Below are positions 11,626-24,869 of a DNA stretch of 64,000 bases, piece by piece; the first letter of the stretch is position 1, and each line of letters begins with the position of its first letter. The notes beneath the pieces were generated by a model that worked only from the letters and a program-made list of their open reading frames with translations, ran no database searches and had not been told where the DNA came from. The DNA is from Octopus sinensis (taxonomy: Eukaryota), in the NCBI RefSeq assembly GCF_006345805.1, contig NC_042999.1:12586001-12650000 (forward strand). Direction: 5' to 3'. Position numbers and translations under genes: made by a program.

Positions 11626-14155
11626 GTGCTCATGCTGATTATATTAGTGTCTCGATTAATTTTTCCCGTCACGCTTTGTTATGTAGTGACGTAACCAGAG
11701 TGCGAGCCCCCCCCCCCCCAAGCGGATGCAACCTTATAGAGGAGACCTAAAGGTGTCGTTCCATAGAAGGCGTGCCCCCCCCGGCTACTGTTCTTAAGTT
11801 TCGCATTTGACTCAGAGCAACGTATGGCCGAATCAACAGGCAAAAGCAATTACTAATTTCAGTTAATATATTTCGACCACAAAATCTCGGCAAACTGCGA
11901 AACAAAGGAGAACATCAATGCTTTATGCTCGCAGGTTTGCCGCGACAATGACTGCAGGGCGTCGAGGATTCTTTGCGGTTGGTTTTCAGGTGAAAAATCC
12001 ACAAAGATAGCCTCTTGCCCCCAGCATTACATAGATATCCATTACAAAAACGCTGAACATGTAAAAGATACCAGGAAGCGGAAAAAATAAATCACAGAAT
12101 TTTTAAGTACTGGGTTCATTTCATGAAATGAGAAAATCTTGTGTGATAGTCCAATATCCGATCTGGGGATTGGTAGCTATTTTATTCACATAACAAGGTA
12201 AACACTGACCCCACATTTTGGGATTTTATAACGACCTTTCACCTGATTTAATCTTATTAACTTACATAATTCACCTCTACCTATCTTCTTTCATCCTCCA
12301 AAACCAACACCAGCTTTTTATTCCTCGTCTTTGTTTTAATTTAACTTCCCCCACTTCAAAAGCAATATTTTGTTCGGTTTCTTCAACCCCTTTTGCTTCC
12401 ATATATATCTTCCATATCTCTTATATTTTCCCTCCTTCCTACTCGCTTCGCTATTTTTCTTCGAAATAATTCTTTCCATCGTTTCTTCCTCTTATTTTTA
12501 TTCTTTTCCAAAGCCAGCCAACCCGCATATTCTTCGTACATAGGTTTCACTTTTTCTTTTTCTTTCTATTTCTTCCTGCCTCTTTTACCGTTTCCTTATT
12601 CCTATCACATCTCTTTAAGTTCGCTGACCTCTTATAAGGATTAAACTTAACCGTTCAGTTTCCTCCCTCAACATTCACAGTCGAGAGAATTTTTCTTCAA
12701 ATCTCTCTCATTGTTTTTATTCTCATTTTAAATTCCATTTGTTAAATATTTTCTTTCTTATGTTCTTCTTTTGTACTGATTCTTCTCAAAGTCGGGCTCT
12801 CACCTTATTTCAGACCCGCGCACACGTACAAGTGATTCGGATTTAAGGTTTCGAAGTCAATTTCTCTTCTAATCTGTCTCAGTTCAAGAAATTAAATGCC
12901 ACTAATAGACCATAGCAAAGACATTTATATATTCGCTGCTTTACGGCATAAATTTAAATTTCAGCTTGTTTTTCAGCGAGAGATTAAACATATAAAAGAA
13001 TAAGCTGAGGTTTATGATGCAAAAATAAATTTTTTGTACAGGAATATGTTTTTGTGTTAAATTCCTTCTAAAAAGATGTAAAAAAAACAACCGATTTCAT
13101 ATCTAGTTTAATATCAAAAATACAACATTCGCTTTTATCTGTAACACCTTCCCCGTTTTTAATATTTCCTTTCCCAACCGAAGGAAAAACAGCTCGGATT
13201 GGGATATATTATAGAAAGATAGAAATAAAAAAAGGGAGAAGTAGAGAGAAAATGAAATAGTTTATATTTGGTGAGGAAGGATTTGAATGAATGGAAGGAG
13301 AGAAGAGAAATGACATTTCATTGTTGCCTCGTAAAGAAGAAGAAAGAGAGAGAGTTATAAAAAATACAAGCAATGGACTTTGGAGATTATTGAAGTCGGA
13401 GAAAATATATTTTGGATATTGGAAAGAGGAAATAGTAGCGAAGTGTTAGGGGGATTAAACAGTTGCAAAAGGGATTAAGTTATACCAGATGATACGTGCA
13501 AAACGGATTAAGTAGTTTATACTAGAAGTATTAGGTGTCTTGATAAACTATTACAAATTGAAAGAAAGTGAGAGAAAGAGATAGTGAAGAAGAGAGAAAG
13601 AGGATGAGTGAGTAAAGAGAGAGAGAGAGAGATAGTGAGAGAGTGGAGCCTGGCAGAAAATTGGAAAGTTGTTGGTAATTCGAGCTTGTTTGGAAGGGTG
13701 TGCAGAAGTTGGGTAGTATGATGTGTGAGTGTGTAGGCATTCGGCCTCCTCCGCACTGTCAGATAGTTTCTTGCGAAATTCAGTTCCTGCAAGGGAGACG
13801 GCGAAAGTGGATGGCTATTTAGAGAGTGGCCAAACAAAAGTTCGAGACTCGAACACCTTTTACACTTTTATTATCTTCTTCTGCACGTGTACAACGTGAA
13901 TTGATGTCTATGCCTTTTTCGAAGGGGGCTGTTTTAAAGAGAGAAAAATAATAAGGAACTTCTTTGAAATCTAACGATAGTCCTTTGCACTGAATTAAGA
14001 AAAACAAAGACAACCAGTTGAATCAATGGAAACCTGGAAAGAAATGAAGAAAATCGATAATTAGAGGAAATTTTATTCCATAAAGTAAACCGAGGAGGCC
14101 AAACTTGGAAATTAATATTTTTCTGATGCTGTTATTACTTTGGCAGCCCTAAATT

Positions 14156-14498
14156 ATGGCTGTAGAGGAAAGGGCTAAATACATTTTTGGAGTTGCTGAT
14201 AGTAGCAAAGAAAGTGCAGATATTTGTGTGGTCGGCGATCAGAGAACGGAGACAACGACCGATGACAACAATCGCAGCAGCATTTACAACAAACACGGCA
14301 GGCATTTTACGAAGAATGCCAGGCGATTCCCTCATCTGCTGATGTCTTGCATTCTCATTTTTTCCATCCTATGTATACTGTCCACACAAGTACATGCCAT
14401 CAGTTCCCGTCATCGCCAACACCGAAAACATCGGCACCAAACTTATTCCCCAAAGTACAAAGATCGACGCCCTGCTACGCCTGTGGTTGGGGTTGATG
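14156..14498 (+). CDS. Exon 1 of multi-exon secreted/type II membrane protein gene (N-terminus, hydrophobic segment, His/Arg-rich stretch)
   Basis: ATG with A at -3 and G at +4. Hydrophobic LLMSCILIFSILCILSTQVHA. Phase-1 donor G|GTAAGA at 14498/14499 matches the phase of the next exon. Confidence 0.75.
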
Positions 14499-17400
14499 GT
14501 AAGATAGATTTTATGGAACCTTTTTTTCTCACCCCTTTCACCTTTTAAGTATCTTATTCCACAAAAACATACATTATTTTTCTGGCTCACTCCTGTTTCC
14601 AATCCCAAAATTATTTTCAGAAATATGCGTATTTCTTGAAAGGAAATTAAATATGAATTCATTCATTTAGTTTCAAGACAGGGTTTTTCATGATCAAAAT
14701 ACAAACAATATTACAATGGTAAACACTTAAACATTTAAGTTTAGATTTTAAACTGAAAATATATTTGTTAAAACTTATTTTTTTAAATTTTAAAATATAA
14801 ATAAAAGCTTTGAAATGAACCAATTTTCTTTTTTAAAATAAAGATGTTTCACAAAAATGTGTTGATATTAAAATAAAATTTTAAAACATTACATTTAAAG
14901 TACAAGTAATTTAACCGCATCAAACAACAAAGTAAAATAAAATTTAAAGTAACCTCAATTTTTTAAAACATAACAAATCGAGATAAAATAATATTGTTTA
15001 TTAAAGAGATGAGGCGCAGACATACGTGGTGAATCGAGCTGCTTGAAATAGTTACCAAAGCTCCCTTATGATACCTTCAGCTATCTTAAAAAATCAGAGT
15101 TGTCATAGGCTAATATATTCTTTGGTACACCATGCTTAGAAAAAAAAAAAAAGTACTCCACGGTGCTGACGGTTCGAATGCATTTGATTGTAGGTCTGCT
15201 TCATCAGGGCTGACCTGGGGCTATAGAGTATCAACTTCCTGATTTCGTTCAACCTTTCCTTAATCTTTGGAGTTTCGGAATAGCCAACATTAATTCATAG
15301 GGAAGGAAAAGGGCTAGGAATTAGGAGGTATTTCTTTTTCTTACAACGGAAATTACGATTATGAAAATATTTTCCGCCTTCAAAAATGTTCAATTCAAAA
15401 AACTTTTTGATCCTTAATACTTGCCCTTGTCATACCCCATGTAATAGTAATACTATTCCGAAATTCCGTCGTTATTTTGACCATTAGGGGCGGTTAGTTT
15501 GTTTCAAGGTTTGGGTTGTATCGTTGGAAGCTGACCAAATGTGCACTTGGATAATACGGAACATTTACAATATATTTTGGTTGGTCATTCAACCCCCACT
15601 TTTTTTTTTAATATTGACATTTATAAAGTTACTAACTTAATGAGACAATTAGCTAACAGCTGCAATGAAACTACAGGAAAACAACAATACTTATCTGCAA
15701 ATAACGAGATAAACCTTTAACTGTTTCGTTGATTGCTGTTTTTTATTCTCTCTCTCTCTCTTTTTTTTTTGTAAACTAGAGATCGTGTGTTCGATCCTCA
15801 GTGAAGGCCCTCTATAAAGACATCGGAAATTACAGCATTATCTTTGTAAATATTTGTTACAATGTTGGCAAAGACGTTATGAAGAATTAGGCTTAGCGGG
15901 CTGTGTCAGCATTTATTTTTAGGAGACGAATTTTCGCGTTTAGTTTTCATGTAAATAAACATTGATTGATGCCGATATACCACCATAATAATTGCGATTA
16001 ATTATTTTAGGAATTTTTGTAATTGTTTCTCACATTGAATAACACGCCATTGACATTGTCTACAAACACTCTGTCGTTGACAAATATCAGCACATGCTTC
16101 TTTGATATATTTTGCTTCTTAAAACTTAATCTAACGTCCGTCATCCATGCTGGTATGGATAGGACGGTTCGGTAAGATCTTACGTATCAGAAGTCTGCAT
16201 TGGGTTCCACTGTCTGTTTCTTTTTTCCACTGTCTGTTTCTAAGTATAAATTTGTTGCAAGTACCATTTTGCATTTTACTATCTAAAATAATGTCCCATT
16301 CTCTTGCAAGAGTTGCTATTAAACGTAGCAAATTCAAACCATTCTCTCCACGCATGCCAGACCTAAAAACACCCAAATTGCCCTTCTTTGTAGCTGTTCA
16401 TACAGTGCAAAGCATTGATTACAAAAAGCTTTGCTCTTTTTTAATAATAAGATTGATACTCTACCAGTCATAGATGTCCCTCACTGTAGTATTATTTCTA
16501 CATTTATAATTATGTACTCATCATATTCACCTGTATATGTAGTGGATAATGTCTAAGGGGTAAAATGTTTGGCCTGATTATGTTTCCAACTGAAAGTCTT
16601 TCAACCACGAGTTCAATTCAGTTCACATCTTCTAATGTCTTCTGTTGTGGCTCCAAACTGCATTCACCTATCCTCTACCCAGTCCCCTTCTAATCTTTGA
16701 ATTCCCATTCTAAACTCAGCCAAATCCATCTAATGCATAGCTTATCATTCTTAAAACTCACGTTCTGCTCATGGAAGCAACTATTAACTCTACCAAAATC
16801 CAAACTTTCCTCAGTACACAATTCTATGTAGGGTCTTGGTCAGCTCCCTTCCTCTGCAAACTAACCTCATCTTATCTCAGAACTCTGGGCTAAGAGGGGC
16901 TTTTTGTCACCTCTCTTTCTCTGCAAAACTATGCATTTAAACTTAATCTCATGCAGTCACTTATCTGCAGTTTCTGTTCAATTATTATAAAATAATTATT
17001 GATTCATCAATCACCAGTTCCTCTTAATTGTGACATACATTTTTCTTTTTCCCAAAGAAAATTTAAATGAAATGAATCCAATCAGGAATTGAAATTGGAC
17101 CACGGAACTATATTCAAATTTGATTATACCATCAATGTACTATACTCATTTCCCTCAAACAATTAAAGAGACTCAATTTTGCCTCCAGAATACAGAAAGC
17201 TGGAAAGTTATGTCTATCTTTATAGCTTCAATATAAATAATATTGTCACACTATTTGGCTTATCATTCTGCAGCCCTGATCTGAGATCATCATTTGAGTG
17301 CTGCTATTAATCCACATGACCAAGACCATTCCTGAATCTATGATACAAGCTTCTTGCTTTAAAGTTATCCATGTTAAAACTTTCCATCAAAATTTCATGT

Positions 17401-19769
17401 TAATTACTTCAAAGTACCAGCTTAATAATAATGATATTATTTTACCAAATATTTCATTGATTCTAAGAATGTTTGAAACAAAGATGGTGTGTGTTAAGTG
17501 GAATTTAGTAATTAATGGGTGAATATCATCTTTTACTTGTTTCAGTCAGGCTGTGGTCATGCTGGGGCACTCTCCTTTGAGTTTTTAGTTAAATGAACTG
17601 ACCCCAGGACGTTTTTCTTTTTAAGCCTGGTACTTATTCTATCAGTCTCTTTTGCCTGTTATAAGTTGTAGGGACATAAACACACCAACACACACACAAA
17701 GATGCATATACTCAAGTATATATACATATGCATGCATACTCACAATATATATATATATATATAAACATTCGAGCGGGGTTGTTGCCAATGCTGCTGGACT
17801 GGCTCCTGTGCAGGTGGCACATTAAAAACACCATTTGAGCGTGGCCATTGCCAGTACCGCCAAACTGGCCCTCGTGCCAGTGGCACATAAAAGCACCCAC
17901 AACACTCTCAGAGTGGTTGGTGTTAGGAAGGGCATCGAGCTGTAGAAATTCTGTCAGATCAGATTGGAGCCTGGTGCAGCCATCTGGTTCACCAGTCCTC
18001 AGTCAAATCATCCAACCCATGCTAGCATGGAAAGCGGACGTTAAATGATGATACGATGAGCTTCTTTCAGTTTCTATCAAATCCACTCATAAGGCTTTGG
18101 TTGGTTTGATGCTATAGTAGAAGATAAGCCCAAGGTGCCATGCAGTGAGACTGAACCTGGAGACAGGTTTTGGGAAGCAAACTTCTTATCACACAACCGT
18201 GCCTACTACTACCCCAACCCTAAATTCCTCATAGTTTTCAAAATTAAATGAAGCCACAGAAATATAATAACCGAAAGATTAATAATGACAATTATTATAC
18301 TAAATTCAACATTGTTTTCAAAATTAATTGCAACAAAAGCAGTGCATTTCAGTAAAAATTTAATAATGAAAGGGTTAAATCAAGAATCTGAAAGTGAAGT
18401 TGTTCTCTGATTTGTCAAGTTGTTATTTTTACAGATTTACCATTTTTCAATGTTTTCACTTAATGTCTTAATTAGTTTCAAGTTGGTTAATGAGAAAAGT
18501 AGTGAAAATATTCAAACATATCCATCCCCATCAATTACCCATCTCTGACCATTACTCCCTCTCCTGTTCCCTTCCTTGGTCAACATACCTTCGATTACTG
18601 AGTATTTTCCTCTTTTTTTACTATCTTCAAGGCACCCCACTGCCTGTGCCTTGTACAGGTCAATATCAAGTGAGGTTACCTCTCTACAGTAAGTGAATAG
18701 GCAAAGTGTAGGAGTGTCTTTGGTATTGTTTCCCTGAGGACCAGTCATCCTGTCTAGCATTGGTGTCACTCTGTAAAGTGGTTGGAAATAGAAAGGGGAT
18801 TCAACTGTAGAAACCTTGCCAAATAACACTAGTTTTTAAGGAGCATTAGCTCCCAATAAGAAATAAATCAGACCATGACAACTCCTTCAACCTGTGCTAA
18901 CATGGAAAGTAGTGTTGAATAATGATGATGATTTCAGTGAGTTTGTGGGATCCATTTGTCGAGGTCTGTTATTCTGGGCAGATATGAAACAGTGTTGGAA
19001 CAAATAATCACATAGGCAGTGAGTCTTATTATTTTAGAAATATCAGACTGAGATAACAGAGAAGCATTACTTTAAGTGTGTAATGGAGAACTTCAGTTAG
19101 AAATAAACAGAAAGATATAGGGTGTCAGAAAAGAAACATTGAGCAAGCAAAGGATATGGGAATATATTGTATGAAAAGAAGAAGAGGTTTGAAAAGTTTC
19201 AAATTGCAAGACACTGTAGGAAATAAACCAAGGCTATTGTGGCAGAAGGATTATCAAAATGTTTATGTATTTTGTTTGTTGTTAATGGCAGTGAAATATT
19301 GTAATTGGTTAATGAGCGAAGAGAATCTATGAGATAAGAAAATGAAAACAGAAAAAGGATTAAATATTTAAAAGTTGATGAATAAAACAAACTTATGGAA
19401 TACATGTAGATGGCTGTTATGTTGAAAGCATCCTTCTGGATAGGAAAATGTTAATGAAACACTCAAATTATCAAGAGATTTGTTAGTATAATGACTGATA
19501 TAGTAATATTATTGTCTATAAAAAAATAAATGTGTACTTTATGTACTTTTAACATAGTCAAATAAAGTATGAAGAGTACTGCAATTTACTTGAAGCATGG
19601 TTACACGTAAATAATGTAAATATTTTAAGAAAACCTTCAAGCCATGCAGTTGTCAGGCAAAACATGTCAATAAAGGAAGATATTATATCATCTTACATAA
19701 GTTGTTTGATGATTCTATTATATTTTGGAAAAGATTCCTTTTATCAAATATAACATAGTAAAATATTAT

Positions 19770-20775
19770 CACCATTTTATGCCTGTTGTCCATGCTGGTA
19801 TAGGTTGCACAGTTTCACTGGGCTGGCAAGGCTGGAAGGCTGCACCAGACTCCAGTCTGATTTGACATGGTTTTCTACGGCTGGATGCCCTTCCTAATAC
19901 CAGCCACTCTGAAAGTGCAATAGGTGCTATTATGTGCCACTGGTACAGGTGCCATTTGCATGACACCAGGGCGCATTTATGTGACTTCCTACTTAGTAAT
20001 ACTTTGGTTTTTGCTAGGTTAACTCTAAGGCCCTTTGATTCTAGACCTTGCTTCCATACCTGGAACTTCTCTAGTTCTGGTAGCGATTCAGCTATAAGAG
20101 CAAGGTCATCAGCATAGAGGAGCTCCCAGAGTCAGCCTATCTTTAAATTCCTCTGTTATTACCAGGAGGACTATAGTGAACAAGAAGGGGCTGAGCACCG
20201 ATCCTTGGTGAACCCCTACTTGTAGCCTGAATTCTTCACAGTTCTCATTGCCAACCCTCACTTTACTGGTAACATCCTTGTACATGGCTTCTACAGCACT
20301 CCCCAACCTCTTGTTTATCCCTAGTTTCCGCATTGACCACCAGATAAGGGATTGGAGGACCCTGCCAAAGGCTTTCTCCTAGTCAAGAAAGGCCAACTAC
20401 AGAGGTTTATCTTTGGCTATGTAATTCTCCTGCAGCTGCCTTGGCAGAAATATGGCATCAGTGGTGCTTTTCCCTGGCACAAACCCAAACTACATTTCAT
20501 CTAAACTAACTCTCTCCTTAATTAGTTTGTGATTTTCATCACCTGATCCAACAATTTGATACCTCTGTAATTATTTCTATCTAAAGCATCACCTTTACCT
20601 TTGTAGCAGTTGACTACATCAGTCATTGGGTATGACTCATTCATGAACCATCTGATTTACAATACAAGTGACTAGACCATAACCCACACTGCCAGATATT
20701 TTAAACATCTCACCGGTGATTTGTGATGGTCTGGGTGTTTTCCCTGTCTTCATATCCTTAATTGCTTTATCTACC
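19770..20775 (-). mobile_element. RTE-clade LINE fragment: RT core joined directly to 3' UTR/tail by internal deletion
   Basis: GVHQGSVLSPFLFTIVL, ELLYADDLAL and GLESKGLRVNLAKTKV, followed immediately by the family tail. Confidence 0.8.
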
Positions 20776-20989
20776 AAGGATCAGATTGGAGCCTGGTGCA
20801 GCCATCTGGTTTGCCAGACCTCAGTGAAATCGTCCAACCCATGTTAGCATGGAAAGCGGACGTTAAACGATGATGATGATGCTGTTGATTGATGTAGCTG
20901 GTCCCTCAATTGGGTCAACATTTGGCAGGCACTCCTCCTCCCATTCATTCTCCAAATTCAGCAGTCTTTCATACAATACAAAATCCTGG

Positions 20990-21905
20990 AAATATTGCAC
21001 ATCTGCAATGGGAGTTGGACATAATATACAGGTGGGCTGAGGACAACATGCAGTTTAATGCAGGAAACTTCTAGGCTCTACGCTACCAACACACAAGGCT
21101 AAATGACATGCAGACAGGATACACTGGCCCAGGAGGAATTGAAATCACTGAATCAAAATAAGTGTGTGACCTGGGCATTGACATGAGCAATGATGCACCT
21201 CTCCAGGTGCATATTACCAAATTGGTAATAAAATGCAGACGGCTAGCTGGAAGGATCCTCCGAACTTTCAAAACAAGAGAAAAGGAGACATTGATGATCC
21301 TTTGGAGGACATACATTCTCAGCTGCTTAGACTATTGTTCCCAAATACTGTCACCACACAATAAAAAATCAACGACAGAACTCGAAGCAATCCAACGAAG
21401 CTACACTAAGAAAATCGTCTCGATGCAACATGTCAGCTACTGGGATAGAATTGAAACTCTTCAACCTGGAATGAAGGCAGGAGAGATATACAGTGATATA
21501 CATCTGGAAAATCCTAGAAGGCCTTGTACCAAACTTTGGCTTTGAAAGTTATTCAAACTGCAGAACAGGGCGCCACTGCATAGTACCAAAGATGCCAGCA
21601 TTGCCATCAAAATACAGGACCAGATACTGCAACAGCTTGGGCTTCAAGGTGCCCACAGCTCTTTAATATCCTTCCAAAATGGCTGTAAGACCTGCATGGT
21701 CTTTAAAACTAAACTGGATCTCTTCCTGTTACGGGTTCAAGACAAGCCTACCTCATGGCAAGAAACACAGATGAGGGTAGCATAATCAAACTACCCCATT
21801 GACCAAATGCGACATATTAGAGGAGGTTCCAAATAATGATGTAGCTCAGTCAATGGTGGTGTGCTCCAGCATGACCGCAGTTTTGTAGCTGAAATCATTA
21901 AAAAA
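20990..21905 (+). mobile_element. CR1-clade LINE 3' fragment (degenerate)
   Basis: DLGIDMSND, GRILRTFKTR, CLDYCSQILSP, LEAIQRSYTKKI, SYWDR; several stops and frameshifts. Confidence 0.85.
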
Positions 21906-21944
21906 AATATTCTATATATTTGTATATAATATATTATATAAAAT

Positions 21945-23396
21945 CACAAATCCTTCAGGTAGATGGCCCTGCTCGATTTGTAGTAGAGTGTAGGTAGAAA
22001 CTCTATAAGATGTACCAAGTGTAAGCTAGGACACATAAGAGGTGTAGCAATATCAAAGGAAGGCTAACTGGAAGATAGTTTTCATACGTGGCAGATGCTG
22101 GGAAGCAATAAACATTGAAAATGTGCAGAGACCAACTTCTGCCACTTTCCAGGGAGTAAAACTAGAAGTAGTTAATATCTTCTGTTACCTAGGTGACCAA
22201 GTCAGTAGCGGGGGAGGGTGCGCTGAAAGTGTAGCTGCTAGAATAAGAATAGCTTGGGCAAAGTTCAGAGATCTCTTACCTCTGCTGGTGACAAAGGGCC
22301 TCTTGCTCAGAGTAAAAGGTAGACTGTATGATGCATGTGTACGAACAGCCATGCTACATGGCAATGAAACATGAGCTGTGACTGCTGAGGACATGCGTAA
22401 GCTCGCAAGGAATGAAGCCAGTATGCTCCGCTGGTTGTGTAATGTCAGTGTGCATACTCGACAGAGTGTAAGTACCTTGAGAGAAAAGTTGGACCTAAGA
22501 AGCATCAGATGTGGTGTGCAAGAGAGACGACTGCGCTGGTATGGTCATGTGGCGAGAATTGATGAGGACAGCTGTGTGAAAAAGTGCCACACCCTAGCGG
22601 TTGAGGGAACCTGTGGAAGAGGTAGATCCAGGAAGACCGGGGAGAGGAGGTGGTGAAGCACGACCTTCAAACTTTAGGTCTCACCTGAGGAATGACTAGT
22701 GACCAAGACTTTTGGAAATATGCCGTGGTGCGAAAGAAGACCGGCAAGCAAATGAGACCATAATCTCGTGGCCTATGCCAGGGGCATAACCAGCCCACTT
22801 ATGCATACCTTTCCTTCTTTGGACACTAAAACTCTGCTTGCGAAAACCTGTTGAGGCAAGTGAAATCAAAATCAAATCTAGTGGGGTACAAAGAGCACCA
22901 TACGAGTGTGATCACTGACAGAGCGGCTAACCAGCATCCATGCCAGTGGCACTTAAAAGGCACCATTCGAGCGTGATCATTACCAGCGTCGCCTAACTAA
23001 CACTCGAGCCCCGTGCTAGTAGGGTATTAAGAGCACCATCCGAGCATGATCATTGCCAGAGCAGCTATCTGGCCTCTGTGTCAGTGGCACGTAAAAGACA
23101 CCATTCGAGCGTGATCGTTACCAATATCGCCTTACTGGTACCTGTGGCGGTGGAATGTGTAAAAGATTCGAGCAAGGTCATTGCCAATACCGCCTGACTG
23201 GCCCCGTGCCAGTGGTATGTAAAAGCACCCACTACACTCTCGGAGTGGTTGGCGTTAGGAAGGACATCCAGCTGTAGATACTCTGCTAGATCAAAATTGA
23301 AGCCTGGTGCAGCCATCTGTTTCGCCAGCCCTCAGTCAGTCATCCAACCCATGCAAGCATGGAAAGCGGATGTTATACTGTGATGATGATGATGAT
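21945..23396 (+). mobile_element. RTE-clade LINE, 5'-truncated, with arrayed 3' UTR and (GAT)n tail
   Basis: FCYLGDQV, RIRIAWAKFRDLLPLL, KGRLYDACVRTAMLHG, RLRWYGHVAR, GRGR; ~5 tandem ~60-bp units; conserved tail ...GGAAAGCGGA..T(GAT)n. Confidence 0.88.
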
Positions 23397-23426
23397 ATAT
23401 ATACACACACACACACATACATACAT

Positions 23427-23477
<51 letters not shown>

Positions 23478-23509
23478 GAATACACACATACATACATAAT
23501 ACATATATA

Positions 23510-24800
23510 CGAGGAGCGTTCAATAAGTAATGCCCCTGACCCACTTCCCATAGCAGTAGAGCAACGAAACTTGGCACAGTTATTGGTCTTTTTCTACATA
23601 GGAACGACCCAGAGTTACGCATTTCTCCCATCGTTTGATACAGCTCTGGAGACCGTTTTTGTAGAAGACCCCAGCTTGGTCCTACAACCACGACGTGACT
23701 TCAGAAATCAAGGCTACATCATCCGGGAAACGCTTTCCTTTCAAAAACATCTTCATGGCTGGGAAGAGGTGAAAATCAGAGGGTGCAAGGTCAGGAGAGT
23801 AGGGGGATGGGGAGGAGTTCATAGCCGCACACCTGTGCTTCTGATCTGGCGAGACGCGATTTGTGGACCAGAGCATTGTCCTGCAGGAAGAGGATGCCTT
23901 TGCTGATCTTGCCCTGCCTCTTGATTTTGATAGCTTCTCTTAATTTCCTCAAAAGTGAAGCATAATAGGCTCCTGTAATTGTGGTACCCTTTGCCAGGAA
24001 ATCTGTCATCACTACTCTGTCCTGGTCCCAGAAGACTGTGAGCATGACCTTGCCAGCGGAGAGCTGCACCCTTGCCTTCTTTGGAGGAGGTGAGTCATGG
24101 TGCTTTCACTGCATTGACTGGGCTTTGGTCTATGGATCATAGTGATGGACCTAGGTTTCATCCTGTGTAATCAGTTTTTTGAAAAATTTTGACTCTTTTC
24201 CTTGGCACATCTCCAAATTCATCCTAAAGCACTCGATGCGTTCTTGCTTCTGGAAAGGTGTGAGCAACCAGGGAATCCATCTGGCAGACACCTTTTGCAT
24301 ATGCAAATGGTCATGAATGATAGTTTCCACAGACCCGGTACTAATCTTGACCTCATGGGCTATTTGGCGAATAGTTATGCGTCGATCTTCCAAAATGGCA
24401 GCCTCAACTTGACGGACAGATGCCTCATCAATGACAGAAGGGGGTTGACCAGATCTGGGAGCTGTTTTCACAGAGTTCCGACTATGTTTGAATTCACAAT
24501 GCCAGCGTTTTACAAGGTCATATGATGGGACATCATCACCATAAGTTACTTTCATTTCATCAAAAGTCTCCTGTGGTGTGCGTCCTTTCAAATACAAAAA
24601 CTGGATCACTACTCGACACTCACCAGGCTCCATTTCACACTTGACTCAGTTCAAACACCTGTAAATCAGAAACCACAATTAGTTCAGAGCTGTAAGTTGC
24701 CACTTAATCTATAGAGATATAAATAATTGCACATGCAAAATTTCAGCTAGATCAAACAACTGCAAGTGGGTCAGAGGCATTACTTATTGAACGTCCCTTG
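23510..24800 (-). mobile_element. mariner transposon, full length 1291 bp, inactivated (irritans/Himar-like)
   Basis: TA flanks at both ends. TIRs CGAGGAGCGTTCAATAAGTAATGCCCCTGACCCACTT vs CAAGGGACGTTCAATAAGTAATGCCTCTGACCCACTT. Transposase 24633 to ~23570 with HTH, SARWIPWLLT, ITQDET, KVMLTVFWD, QDNA and YSPDLAPSD (spacing consistent with DD34D once a small indel is repaired). Contains stops and frameshifts. Confidence 0.93.
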
Positions 24801-24869
24801 TATATATATATTTATATATACACACATACATACATATATATACACACACACATATATACATACACAACG

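Noticed and set aside
11683-11795. CRE-like TGACGTAA and poly-C runs as a promoter element
   Set aside because: Resembles the end of a degenerate MITE (TAGTGACGTAACCAG...CCGGCTACTG) and lies 2.4 kb from the start codon.
15190-15230. Minus-strand CTGATGAAG as a second hammerhead
   Set aside because: No stem II or GAAA follows; it is part of a SINE-like tail.
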